Below, in pieces: positions 38,920-52,996 of a stretch of DNA of 64,000 nt. Under the pieces are notes generated by a model that saw only the letters and a list, made by a program, of their open reading frames with translations, had not been told where the DNA came from and searched no databases. The stretch is from Lingula anatina. Lineage: Eukaryota > Animalia > Brachiopoda. Every line of letters starts with the position of its first letter. The stretch's first letter is position 1. Position numbers and translations under genes: made by a program. The DNA is taken from the NCBI GenBank assembly GCA_051362555.1, contig CM120645.1, forward strand, positions 6,014,001-6,078,000, given 5' to 3'.

Positions 38920-40887
38920 ATTTCATCGGAAGGTTTGCTTCAAAATTAGGCTAATATAAAGAATTCAAATAAGTTCCATGAAAGAGAGAAAGAACATTTC
39001 GAAATTATTTGAAATAGCCTGTAAAATAGTGTCGTTGCTTGTTGGGAATATCATTTAATAAAGCTGAATTCAGTTTTATGCCATTGCGAAAAAGAGTTAA
39101 TTAAGTAACCGAGAACAAACGATTAATATTTTCATATATTGCATATTAAAATGCCCGTCTCTAATTTATACTATTCATAAAACTTGACACCCAGTTCTGT
39201 GGTCAGTACGACCTGGTGGTCAACTGCACTGGTATTGGGGCCAGAGAACTGCTGGGGGACACTGTCCTGAGGCCAATGAGGGGACAGGTCATGCGCGTAA
39301 AGGCCCCTTGGATTAAGCATTACTACTTTACTGACTGTGACTGCTATATATACCCATGGTAAGATAGCTATATCATTATTACTAATTGTGATATACTTTC
39401 GCAGGCTCGTGTTAAACATTTTTTATAAGACAGTCATTCCAAGCTTACACAACAGGAGCGAGTATAGTTCTGTTGGGGCTCTAATAACCACTAGTGTTTT
39501 CCAACTGTAATCTTTCCAACTGTATCAAACAGAGATACTGGTACATAAATTATGTCGTATATATATATATAATCTACATGTATTGGCAACTGTGTTTTCC
39601 TTGCTCCAGCGCAGACGACGTTGTCGTAGGGGGCGTGAAACAGTATGATGAGTACAGCACCGTCGTAAATGAGAGAGACAAAGCTACAATTCTGAAAAAC
39701 TGTCTAGAGATGGTACCTTCATTAAAGGTAATGGTACCGAGTATCAAAGTCTATCCGATTACGCATTTCAGTATTACGTCTTTATCAAGTCTTTACTAGT
39801 GGAATGTAGTTTTGAAGTCTGAATGTCCACCATTTTCGATTAAAATCGCGAGGCATTCAGTCTTAATTGTTGGTTGATCTGTCACCACCGCTAGCCGCTC
39901 AATATCTATGTACAGAAAGCAAGCAACCTACCTCGGATACAGTGTCCTAAACGAGTTTTGTTAATTTGGTCAGTACGTGGTCAAAAGGTAACATGTTTCT
40001 AGCAATCGTATTGCTGACCGAGACATATAGAATAAATCCGTGAAATTTCCATAGTGGAAAAAAACACCAGAGAGAAGTGTTTCCAAATGATGAAAATATT
40101 TTGATTCCAGGACGCAGAGTTCAAATTTGACTGGGTTGGTCTGAGACCCTCGCGGAATCCAGTACGGGTAGAATTCGAAGCAATCAAATATGGAGATGAT
40201 ACCTTGAAGGTATGTTAACCATAACCTGTAGGTTGTCTTGTGATAAGTTTTAATTAAATTATATCAATTCAACACAAATCATGCCAGTGTTTTCATGGTG
40301 TCCAAAATTCTAGCTTCTTCATTAAATTTAAGACATGTTATCGCTAAAACCATTGAACTAAATTTACCTTTTGTATAATTCTAGAAGCATGTCTTTCCAT
40401 TCAAGTTAAAGTTTCTAAATAAAAAAGACCGTCAAACTAACTTATTTTTGCAATTTATTCTTTGTCGTGTTGGACATTTAGTGCTGAATTCTTACAAGAA
40501 TTATAAGCTTCCATTATGGCCGGTTCAAATAGTTGTATTGCACGGCTTATATTGTATACAAAACAAAAAAATTCAACTTTGAAACCGGATTTTTTTTTCG
40601 CTAATGCAGACGTAGCCATACTTTAATCAAATATTTCTGGTCAAGAAGCTTTCCGCGTATTGTATTTGATTATTCATAAATCTATTTATATTAAAAAGTG
40701 TTTGTCTAAACTTATTCGGTGTCACGAAACAGTGCTACTTACAGGTACCGCTTTCATTTATTTCCACCAGGTCGTCCATAACTACGGGCACGGCGCAAGC
40801 GGAATTGGTCTTAGTTGGGGCACTGCTGTGGAGGCGACACACCTGGTGATGAAGGCATTAGGGAAATTTTCTACAAGCAAGCTGTAA
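37242..40887 (+). CDS. DDO: D-aspartate/D-amino-acid oxidase family, paralog 2 (~340 aa)
   Basis: Exons 37242-37444, 37916-38030, 38225-38310, 38695-38815, 39195-39358, 39610-39727, 40111-40209, 40771-40887. Same motifs, ends SKL. Confidence 0.9.
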
Positions 40888-41392
40888 ATTTTCATTCCGT
40901 GCGTTGGAAAACCAATACAGACACTGCCGTCCAATCGCTATTTTCTGCATTATACTAGTAATATAATCCTGTTCCATCGTGAAAGTCCTCAAAGTTTTGC
41001 CTACAGGTTGTGCAAGCACAGCACTTAGCGCAATATAATAAATACGGTATCTGCGTAACACTGCATTTAAGAAACTACAATAGGACACTGAAATCTAACG
41101 TTAAAGCCCTATAAAAACAAAGTCTATAATCTGAAATATAAAAAAAAACACCGGGACTATTTTGCTGGTACAACAGCTTTTTCGACGCAAAGATCCGAAA
41201 AGCCTGTTTTATATATAATACAGTAACATGGCAATCCATCTAGTCAAAATGTGCCCGTTCATTCTATTGTACGCATTTCAGCGGACTAAAAATGTATTAA
41301 AAGCAATACGTTTATAAATATGTTGTTTGAATTATTAGGATATCTATCAGTCATGCTTCGACTGTTATTGTTTATGAAAAGAATGTCCGGTC

Positions 41393-41424
<32 letters not shown>

Positions 41425-41788
41425 GTATATTTCAGATTCCCCTCTTTGTATTAGTCAGGCAAATTGAGGCCAGTGCAGGCACATATACTAGTTCTTGTAC
41501 GCGCTCACATTGATCACTTCGTCCGAGAATATGAGAATATTTTTTCATGCTACGTTATGTTGTGCTTCATAAGTAGGTCAGGTTTCTCGCCGAGCCAACA
41601 GTCATTTCAGGTTCAAACAGTACAAGCACATTTGTGCAAGGCAACAACTACATCCACCTATTTACCCGTGAAGCGATGAATTGACCCATATACCGAACCG
41701 CAAGTGGCCCCATATATAAAACCATAAAGAGAAAGAGGTGGTATGCGATATCACAGAGAATATGATGTGGACTGAATGACTCAATGCA

Positions 41789-43249
41789 ATGGCTAACATA
41801 GCAGTGATCGGAGCTGGAGTTGTCGGACTGTCCACCGCTGTTAACATCATAGAGAGCGTCCCAGACGCTAGGGTCACTATCTATGCTGACCGTTGGTCAC
41901 CGGACACAGTCAGTGACGGAGCGGCTGGGTGCTTTGGCCCCAAACTTGGGGGTCCTATGTATCCCATGGGCATAGAATTGGAGCGGTTTAAGTATGTTAG
42001 TTCTTTACACACATAAGGTGATGTATTGGATACTTTTAAAACCTTTAAAACATTGCAAATTAAATTTCAGTCTATACTGCCGTCTTTTGTGTAAAGGCGG
42101 CACAAATTTTTCTTTATATATGCATATAGCTGTTTATACACAGTCATGAGGATATTGCATGGATCGATGGTTTTGTTGAATGCAGAAGGTGGTGCTAGGT
42201 TATATAAAATAGTGCACGAGTCGGTAATTTGTTCTGTAATATCCAGGGCACGGAGTTGAACATTTGTTTGATTTTGTCTTATTTAGTTATATGGCAGTGG
42301 GAAGGGGGGAGGGGTGCATGTATCTCTGAAGCAATTAAGGGGGGAGGGTATGTGGGTCCCATAGAGCTCCCTGGATCCTGGATATTTCCCTAAGCCCTTG
42401 AATATTTGCAAGACTTGTTCAATCCAGAATGTCGTCGTTTTTCTCTAGAATATGGGGCAGGGATTCATTCAGGCACTACGACGCCGTGGCTCATTCAGCG
42501 GACTCGTCAGAAGCCGGTGTCTTTGTCTTGTCTGGATATGAACTTTACAGCAAACCTGAGAACGTGAGTAAATCAATGTACATGTAAATCATTCCAGTTT
42601 TGTTCTCATGTACTAGTAGCAAAGATTAGAAAACATGTACGTTATTCACAATGTGTTTACAGTTTAACCACGCTAAATATCGCTTGCATGAGTTTGTGCA
42701 CTAACATAAATAAGAACTAGAACGCAACGCTATTTTTACACAAACACGGGTTATGCAGTAGATGCACATACTCCTATATATAGGGCCTATTTTTTCTTTC
42801 CACAGTTCGAGAATTCCAGGGTAGAATTTGAACTTTCATTGGCCTGAAGCCCTATGCTAATAACCTATTCTTATAATGTGCGTGTTACCTGTAAATCAAA
42901 AATTGTTATTATTTTAGCTGTTAATCATTATAAAATATTGAATCAACATTGACAAAATAACTTATTTTGTGCACCATTATTTTCTGCTTTATGTCTGTGC
43001 ATTTGACAGGTTTACTGTTTTGTTAATAGTTAGTACCACAGTTACGCACCATTTAGGTCCGGTTCAGTGTAAGGTCAATCGTTTCTCCAGTGTAGATAAA
43101 CACCTGTGCATCATTTGGTTTTAGGTATCCCCCTACAATGCTACAGAACTGATGTATAACTACAGAGAACTCACCAAAGAAGAGATGAAAAGGTTCCCTC
43201 CCAAGTACAAGTAAGTACGAGCGTTTTATTATTATTTTTATTTTTTATT

Positions 43250-43289
<40 letters not shown>

Positions 43290-45159
43290 TTTTTTGTGAA
43301 GATGTTATAAAATTTAAAAGCGGGATTGGTGGGGGTTGAGCCTTATAACCTTAATCCGCAACAATGTAAACAAAAGCATGCAAAGAACAATAACAGACAC
43401 AAGAAACATTTTGATAATTCCATTTTCAGAGTTGGGTATTTTGTTACCACGCTTATGGCGGAGTGTCAACGCTACCTTCCGTGGCTTCTGAAACGTTTTA
43501 AGAGCAAAGGTGGTCACGTGGTACAACAGAGGGTAAAAACGTTGCAACAGGTAATGGACACTGTATGACGATATCAGTACAATGTATGGGTATGGTTCTA
43601 TACCATCGATTAGATAGTTTGTGAACAATTATCAGTACCATTTGGCCATTAGAATCAGATGTTAAAGTCGTATCTATATATTTCCCCCTCCATTGTTTTG
43701 GACAGCAGCGGTTTTTGTAGTCTTTCCTGGTACAATGAATCTGTTTTTCATACTATTGTTTGACTATGTGTTTTATTCCCAATTAAGTTCTGTGGTCAGT
43801 ACGACCTGGTGGTCAACTGCACTGGTATTGGGGCCAGAGAACTGCTGGGGGACACCGTCCTGAAACCCATGAGAGGACAGGTCATGCGCGTGAAGGCCCC
43901 GTGGATTAGGCATTACTACTTTACGGACAGTGACTGCTATATTTACCCTGGGTGAGCTGTACAAGATGCCATACTGTAAGATATTGTTGACCTTTGGAGA
44001 AATTGAATAGGACCTTTATATGGTCCTTGTTTAGCATTTAGAAAGTGTTGTTATTTTTTTTTAATATTAATGTCGTTTTACATATAACTTCGTGACATTG
44101 AATAAACTTGTAACGTGTTTTTTTTTTCAAGACAAGATGCAGTTGTCTTGGGAGGAGTGAAACAATACAATGAAAACAGCTTGGAGGTGAATGAGAAAGA
44201 CAAAGCTACGATATTGAAAAACTGCTTGGAGATGGTCCCCTCTTTAAAGGTAAGAAATCACTTCCTGAAGGCGATTGTTTATGGGCACCAAGGCGACCAA
44301 AATCGGTTTGCGTTTCATAATGTAAAACAGTGTGAAGATATCAAATAGCTCTTTCAGCAAAATCAAGGTTCGTTGATCGTGCAAAGGTTTGTTCTTTATC
44401 TTCTACTTGCAGACAGATCCATTAGCAGTAAATGAATTTTTCCTTTATTGATTTTTCACGATGGATAAAGTGTGTTGTGGGAATAGCGAACAATTTATGA
44501 GTCATTTTTCATATCTAGGTGACATTTTGGAAAAATTATGAACAAAATACATACGTCAAATTTTATTTCGCTTACAGGACGCAGAGTTCAAGTATGACTG
44601 GGTCGGTCTTAGGCCGTCGAGGAAACCAGTTCGTGTGGAATTGGAGGAAATGAAATTTGGAGACGATATCTTAAAGGCAAGTATTATTTTATAAGTCTAA
44701 TACATTATTCTGAAAAAAAATAGAAAATAAAAGCCTAGAGTTGGGACTTTGTTACTTTTATGTGCCCGGCACCCTACAATCGCCTGAAATATTTAATCGG
44801 AGCATAGACCGTATTGTGACACAAAATTGTGTTGAATGGTTTAAGTCTCCCAGAAACAGTGGTAATTCAATATAGTATTCTAAATTGGATCGTGGTCACG
44901 TATTCCTTCCTCGTGTAGCATTCTGAAACGTTTAGGTAATACGGACATTCAACAGACACCATAACCAATAGCTTTTCTAAAAACACTGTTGTTACAACAT
45001 AAGATCACTTTAATTTATCAAATGTAATTTCTATACCACCAGGTCGTCCATAACTACGGCCACGGCGCCAGCGGGATTGGCCTCAGTTGGGGTACTGCTG
45101 TGGAGGCGACACACCTGGTGATGAAGGCATTACGGAAGTTCCCTGCAAGTAAACTATAG
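41789..45159 (+). CDS. DDO: D-aspartate/D-amino-acid oxidase family, paralog 3 (~340 aa)
   Basis: Exons 41789-41991, 42449-42563, 43125-43210, 43430-43550, 43788-43951, 44132-44249, 44578-44676 (GC donor), 45043-45159. Ends SKL. Confidence 0.9.
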
Positions 45160-46155
45160 CGGCGTCCCGCACGCATTGGAGCGACACCTATGGATTTTCC
45201 AAAGAACTTTGCGGGGCATTTCAAGGTCTTATTGTACATGTATAAGAAGTGGTTAAATGCACATACATCAATATATAGACTGACCTTATTTGTTATTTGT
45301 TAGAATACATTATTTGAAAACAAAGACTATTAGCATTATTTTAAGATAAACACTATTATATAAAAATAGTTTGCTTCAGGCTGTAACTGTAATGTAAGAA
45401 AGTGAAGTGGAAATAATAACATATCTTCTTGGGATTTTTCTAAAAAAAGTAAAAATTTACATATGCACTTTGTCATCTGTAATAAACGATTGTTTCATTA
45501 GTACCGAGTAATACTGTCGCATTTTCCTTCAGTTTTGTTAGCAGCAACCCATGCATTAGTTTTTAAAAGACATCTTGTGGATAATCTTGTTTGTGACTAG
45601 AGAATGACAAAAAATTGAAAAACTAAGCAAGTATTTTTTGTAAGTCCATTGCGTTAAGTGTGATGTAGAGTTATCGAAATATACATGCTGGGCGATCTGG
45701 CCGATTGTGAATATTGTTTTCCCAACAACGCTTGGTATTTCCCTGTGTGTAATTAATTAATATACAGTTCATGTTAGAGTACGTCACTAAAATTCTGTGA
45801 AAGTGTTTGAATGGTGACTTTTGCCTAACTAATGTTCAGTTTCACATACACCAGTGGACACAAACTCGAGTGCGTGCTCGCACGCACACACCATTTATTC
45901 GCTCTACAATTCGTCTGTGGTGATAAGTTTTCCCGTGCATACGATATAATTCCCTGATGAACTTTACCTTCAGCCAGTCATGTCTCACGGGGAAAGTAAG
46001 AGTTTAGGCACGCATGGATTAATTTTTGAGACAAGCATAAATAAAACGTGTTATAACTCAATAATGTTGAATGTATCTGAGGTTCATGTACCATCTTCTG
46101 GAAAACGGGCGTTAGTGCACCTGTACTTTTACGCGTGCACTCAGTACACTCAACA

Positions 46156-49100
46156 ATGGCGAACATAGCAGTGATCGGAGCCGGAGTTGTTGGACTATCC
46201 ACCGCCGTTAACATCATAGAGAGCGTTCCTGACGCTCAGGTCACTATCTTTGCTGACCGATGGTCACCAGACACCACCAGTGACGGTGCTGGCGGGGTGT
46301 TCTCTCCCAGGTTCACGGCCGATGGATACGGGTACGGCGTTCCTCTCGAACGCTTCAGGTAGGTGGTTATCGATTTGAAGCAACGGAACTAGGTCACGGG
46401 TGAAGGTCGGATTTGTTTGGGTTCAAATGAGTGTTTGCATTGCTACGTGGAGAAGAAGAAAATATATATCAATATGAAATGGAAAATCTATGTTGAGAAA
46501 AGGTCGACATTAAATGCATATAAAAAGACTTCCTGTACACATTTCGAAGCGTTTAATGAAGTTGTTTAACAAGTACAGTGTAGGCCCCTACATGTAGGCC
46601 TACCATGCGTACGGCTCTACCGGTAGTTGATTCTTTAAGAAAATAGCGTGGGTATAGTAAATGTATCTATATAATCAGAGTCGATAAAAACGCCGGGCAA
46701 ATGTTATTGGTTTACAAGAAAAGTAGGAAGTATTTATTTCCTTCTTTCAGACAATGGTCCAAGGATTCTTTTAAAAATTACGACTCCATTGCCCGGTCAG
46801 CCGATTCTTTCAACGCAGGCGTGATGGCTATTTCCGGATACAAGTTATACAGCAAGAAAGAGAACGTGAGATTGCGATTTGAACAGCTTGCATGTAGATT
46901 ATGGTAAACGTCACATTCACAGTAAAATATGTGACGATGTGACTTACATGTAGTGCCGCTTTTTTGTTTTGGCCATCTCCACCTCTTGGCAGGACGGGTT
47001 GCTTGCCTTAATTTTTGTTGTTAAGCGACAGGTATTATTTTTGTGTTACACCGATTCCTTTTGGGCGGGATTTAATTAATCCGCCACAGCTATACTTTAA
47101 ATGTGTCCAGACATTCCGGTTAAATGAGGATTTCTTGGTCAGAATATTGAACGTGCTCACATTATCAGTAAGCCCTATAACAGAGATAGATATGTATCAA
47201 GTGAATCAGATTATAAGCCCGATGTCAAATTAAAAGCAGGTCTGATCTTAAGAATCTTAAAGACCCTATATTACCATAACGGCTAACCAAGTCACCTTGG
47301 TAGCCTAATTGTATTAGTTGCGCAATGAACCACTGGTGGATTTCGATTTCACAGGCACATACATGTACAATGTAGTTAGCCCAAATTTAAATTGAAGTGG
47401 AAGAATTTTGGAGACCTCATTTGCATAGAAATCAGTTTAAATAATTTTGTTTCGTTCCTTTTTTAGGTGGCAGCGTATTTCTCCCAAGACATTATATACC
47501 ACTGGAAGGAACTTAGTCCAGAAGAAATGAAGAAAATGTTTCCACCGAAGTTCAAGTAAGTCTTTCCATAGGTCCATCCTACCCCACTTCTTCTTCTTTT
47601 TCATCTTCTTCCCTTTTCCGAGTTCTGCGATTTATAATTTCAGTGTTGGGACCAATAACAGATTTAACTAGAAAAGCACTCCGAGAGCGCATACCTCCGC
47701 CAAGGCAGCAAAGTCTCCACCCAATGTCGTTTCTCCCCTAAATTTTCATTACCCCCGCCAAGGAGGTTATGTTTTCACCCCTGTTTGTCTGTCTGTCTGT
47801 CTGTCTGTCATCAACATAACTCAAAACGTTATGGACCGATTTTGATGAAATTTTCAGGAACTGTCAGAAGTGGGCCAAGGAAGAGATGGTTAGGTGGTGA
47901 TCCGGATCAATAATCAATCAATAACCAATAATCAAAATATCGAAAATTTAGGGGTGAAACGGCATTAGATGGAGACTTTGCTACCTTGGCGGAGGTCTGC
48001 GCTCTCTGAGTGCTTTTCTAGTTACAATGTACTTTTATCCAATAGCTTACCCACATGTATCCATATAAACGTGACCTTTGAACTTGCTCCTGTGCAATGA
48101 TATTATCCCCTGTTCCAGGGTCGGATTCTTCATGAGCACCGTCCTTGTGGAGTGTCAGAGATACCTTCCCTGGTTAACTCGGAGATTTATACGGAAAGGT
48201 GGTAAACTAGTAGACAGGAAAGTCGAAAGCTTACAACAGGCAAGTGTATTTTTAAGTCCTCTGTCTTGAGTTAATTCCGGGGTCCATTAGAAAGTTAGGT
48301 TTATTTAACTATCATGTTCCTGTTTTAAAAATGAAAAAAAGCCTTATGTACTGCGTCCTTGCTTAAGCTGCTACACTACGATATTGATGACACACTTTGC
48401 GACCACCTCTTTGAGAACATTTTAGGAGCTGTTGGTCCACAATAAATGACATACAAGTATCCGAATGGTTTGTGGGCCACTGAGAGCATTTAATACAAAT
48501 ATTCTACTGTATTATCACACTATTTTATGAACGTAATTTCATCTTGGTATATCTGTGCAGTTTGCTGGACGATACGACGTGGTGGTAAACTGTTGCGGGC
48601 TGGGAGCACGTGACCTGCTTGCTGATGACGTCATCAGACCCTTGCGGGGCCAAGTTATACGTGTCAAAGCGCCCTGGATAAAACATTTCTATTCCACAGA
48701 CACCGACTGCTACATATATCCAGGGTAAGGTCTAAATAAATGTTTCAATCTATAGTTAAAACCATATCTTACATTATTTGGACCACAAAGATAGAAATCA
48801 GATTCCTTTGCCAGGCACCAGTAGTGCTTTTGGAACAAATCGTTCATGTCCAATATATGTTGTAAAACAAACAAATAGATTCACTAGTGGATGAAGGATA
48901 TTAAAAAGTTTGGCAGCAATATTATTTTTATTTATTTATTTATTTATTTATTCCTTCATTCTTAATTCATTTATTTTAAAATAAATTTTGAAATCTGTAA
49001 AATATGGGAAAGATTACGTTACGGTGACGCCATTTTCTTCTTATCCAATCACAGCGTGGATACCGTGGTCCTTGGTGGCGTCAAACAGTTGGACAATTTT

Positions 49101-50233
49101 AACTTAGAGGTCGATCCTGGGGACAAGGCAAAGATCAAGAAGAACTGCACTGAGCTTGTGCCTTCTTTAAAAGTGCGTTAGATTTCAAACAACTACAGTA
49201 AATTATGAAAATCAGAACTCGTAATGGACACTATCATCACGTGCAGTGGACGGCGCACACTTTACGTTGGTTTTTATTCAGTTTACTGTTTGTCATGGTC
49301 TGTGTGCTAAAACACTACGTTTTTGTCATATTTCACGAAAGTTTTATTGTGTTTGATGTATTTGATTATTTTAGGGCGAGGGGGGAAATTTGTGGAATAC
49401 GATATGAAAACTACTTGGATTTTATCGGAAGCATTTTAAAGTGTGCCGATATTGTCGTATCACTATTTGTACCTTCACCCTCAGATACCGGTAATGTCAT
49501 CAGCTGTGTTACGCACTCATAGTTAAATATTAAATTCTTCACGCAATAGCTAAACTCTATTTAACACTTATTTCCAATTATTTCAATCAAATACTGGATC
49601 ATTTGTCATTGGATCATTTGTCATTTGAATAAGCTATATCTGTAATTCTGATGCCTTCATATATTTGATCCACGCCAGGACGCAGAATTCTTGTGTGATT
49701 GGGTTGGTCTACGGCCACTGAGGGAACCACTACGATTAGAAAGAGAAGACATGAAATTCGGGGACCGATATCTGAAGGTAGTTTTAAATATCGTTATCTT
49801 GTCTGTAAATCACGAAAGTGACTCAACACGATGATATCTTTGGAAATTATAATGTGCTGTTTGGAGTACAGTATTAAAATGTCTAATAACAGGCCAAGTT
49901 TATCCTGAATTGTCAAATGAATCTAATACAGACAACATATATGGGGCGCCTTATTGACACAGTGTGTGTTTCTAAAAAAATCAGTTTTTTAAACTTACCT
50001 CTCAGTATATAATCCCACACGAGGCAAATTCAAGACAAATTTACGACAAATATTTTACTGGTGCTGATTTTTCGATTAAAAATATGTTCACTAATTTATT
50101 CCGTGTGTTCGGACAGATTGTCCACAATTACGGTCACGGACAGAGTGGCGTTGGGCTGAGCTGGGGGACGGCCGTTGAAGCCACAAAACTTGTACAGGAG
50201 GCACTGGGTCCGAAGACAGTGAGCAAACTGTGA
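46156..50233 (+). CDS. DDO: D-aspartate/D-amino-acid oxidase family, paralog 4 (~341 aa)
   Basis: Exons 46156-46358, 46751-46865, 47467-47555, 48119-48239 (GC donor), 48561-48724, 49055-49172, 49679-49777, 50117-50233. Ends SKL. Confidence 0.9.
47666..48023. mobile_element. HINE/Helentron-like element with an inverted duplicate of its 3' end (fold-back)
   Basis: ~82-bp imperfect inverted arms at 47666-47747 and 47942-48023. The core begins ATTACCCCCGCCAAGGAGGTTATGTTTTCAC, has (TGTC)n and ends CTTGGCGGAGGTCTGCGCTCTCTGAGTGCTTTTCTAGTT. Confidence 0.7.
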
Positions 50234-50385
50234 CTGTTCTGGACGGGCGAGTGCAGACACATAGCGAACCAATGGTTGTCAGCGTTACTTGTTCAGTTCT
50301 GGCCATGCAGTAAGCAAATGGTGACCTTGCTACACGTTTCAAAGAAGTAATTTTTTTATTTCACGACATTTCGAAAAAAATTGCG

Positions 50386-50577
50386 TTGATGGATACAGAC
50401 TACAAGTGTGATGTATTACACATATTTCAAGATAAACCCTCTCTTATAATAACCACGTACCCTTCTGCCGTGAAACATTTACAAATGTTAGAATCTATAT
50501 ATATAAAGATAGCCCTGTTTACCTTCAATGACAACAGCAGCAAGAACCAAAAGTACAATAAGAACGCACGTCTTCAT
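50386..50577 (-). pseudogene. Truncated inverted copy of the 8-Cys peptide gene (signal exon plus part of intron 1 only)
   Basis: Minus-strand exon 50577-50523 encodes [18 protein letters not shown]|gt. The intron piece matches intron 1 of copy C, then ends at the 3' region of oxidase paralog 4. The upstream 50600-50880 is an inverted copy of ~52780-53070. Confidence 0.8.
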
Positions 50578-51443
50578 TTTTGTAGTGAAAGTCTAGAGAA
50601 GTCTGTACAAGTCTTTCCATCTGATTTCCCTGCAAAAGGTTGACTAATATACAGTTGTCAGTAGTCTAATTATCATGCATTTTCCATCACACGAAAACAA
50701 ATATGCGGAAGAGTTGCAAATAAAATATTTATATTTTGACCCTTCCTTTCTCTTTCTTATTTCCGCAACCCTTCTAAAGTCAGGACAGATGGCTTCATTT
50801 TCTGTGACAAGGACGATGTATAAGCACCTAAAGTGTTTTTATAGCCATCACAAGGTAGTGTTTTTCAAAAGATTTATTAGTCATTTTTGTCAACTTTTCA
50901 CGTGTGTACATTCTTCAAACGGAATAAGAATATAAATATACTGATCGTCTTAACTGATATATGCCAAGATGTGTATTTGTGTGTGTGTGTGTTTGTGGAG
51001 AGAGAGAGAGAGAAACAATTTGGTCTTCAAAACCTACACTGACGGCATGGCTGTTGTCTCAAATAGAGTTAACCAACCCTTCTCTCCAACAAACTAACGT
51101 ATTTATCTTAAACATAAAAATTGAATAGAAGTGATAATAGTGGCATATATTTGCTGAAAACGATGCCTCTTAGTCAATCCATAGTATTAATTTATAATAT
51201 TGATTGTCTAAGTGTGTTTTTACCTTTTTTATAGTACGGCTTCTGATATTTATCAATTTTTGTAAAACCTTTGAAGCGGATATTATTTTACGTCTTCTAT
51301 TTATATAGAAATTTAATTTAAATCATTTATTATAATTGCGATTAACACACACACACACACGCACACACACACACACGTTTAGAATGTGGAAAATAAAGGC
51401 TAGCTCATCAGGCAGCGTCCGTTGGGGACACACGTGCGTGTGC

Positions 51444-51476
<33 letters not shown>

Positions 51477-52987
51477 ATATAAATATCTTCCTCTATATCC
51501 ATAGTTCATGGAGTTCTCATATTTCAATGGCAGTTAAAATTATAATAAACGGTACTCGCATAGTAATTGCAATAATTTTCATAATAAACATTTTGCGTGC
51601 ATGTCATACTTCAACCGTAATGGCTTCTTAGAAAAATGAAATTGTTTAAGTTTGGAAATTATAAATAACGATGTGGACAATCCCATATAGTATAAGAAGT
51701 TGCGCTTCAAATGTTTTGCAAAATGTTTGATATATCGTTTAACGTGTCACTTATTCACAAAGTTAATGCATTCTCATGACAAGACTGGGTCAAAGAAGAT
51801 AAAAGCTGACCTTTGTGGATGTTTTAGACGAAGGCGTCTGTCATTGTCATTGTCATTCAGAGAATGCTGCGAACTCACCTTGAGACCCAAGGGTATCTAG
51901 ACAGTGATGACCCTAGCCAATACGTTTGCGGTTACAGTTCTCGATTTCAAACTAATACAATTACCTGGAACTCAAATTTAACATATAACAGAAATCTTGT
52001 CAAATTTTTGATTGAGATCTGCCAGCGCAGAAAACATAGCTACACGAACTGTGCGATATACTTAAGTCTCATTTTAAATGTATTAGCCTAATTATCATAG
52101 TTATTAATATTATTATTACTCTTGTTATTATGACATATCGTGCGTGTATGTACACTAATGATGTTCCCTATATACCACGGTGAAATAAACTATCGATATC
52201 ACTATCCATTCTTATTGGATGCAATACGATATAACTCTATCTGTACTACCATATTCTATATGATGGACTTTAATTTTGTATGTCCGCTTTCTTACTGCTT
52301 TTAAAATATGTTTATCACTGTATATATTTGCCCCCTTTATTTAACTTTAGGGTAGAAGACGAATTATTTTTTTGCCAAATAAAGTACATGGTTTGTTTAA
52401 TGCCCTGCCTTGTTAATCGCCTCAAATTTTTAAGACACCCTTCGATATTCCTAGAAAACAATTAGAAAAAACTTTCCTTCTGCGACAGTATTGGCCTGTT
52501 ATAAGATGTGCTTTGGACTGTCATAAAACGCACAAACTTTGACAGTGAATGTTCATTATGTATAAAAAATACAAAATAACCCACAGGTTTGGTCTCCAAA
52601 GAAGTGCGAAGATTCTAAAGGCATGGGCATTGGGAGAAGGACGAGATACTAGAATATTACAGCCTTCGAAACTATACCTCTCGTAAAATTTTGCGCCGAA
52701 GTAACTCTTTTGGACCAAATTTGCCAGTGCTGTGAGATAATTCTAGACAGAATGGGTATTGTGGTGAAGTTATTGGAATTCGCTTTTAATTGATAAAAAA
52801 TACTTATACATCTTAAAATTATTTCCTGCTCTTGGCTTCTGGCACGAGGCCAATTATTCTGACTTTGAAGGATTGTGGAAATCACAAAAAAGGAAGGGTC
52901 AAAAATATACATTTTTTACTTGCAACTTTTCCGCATATTTGCGGTCGTGTTGTTTGCGAGTTATGATAATTATGCAGTTGGTGACTG

Positions 52988-52996
52988 TATATAAAA
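52988..52996 (+). promoter_or_regulatory. TATA box of peptide copy A (equivalents at ~59524 and ~62563)
   Basis: GTATATAA about 90-100 bp upstream of the ATG in all three forward copies. Confidence 0.55.
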
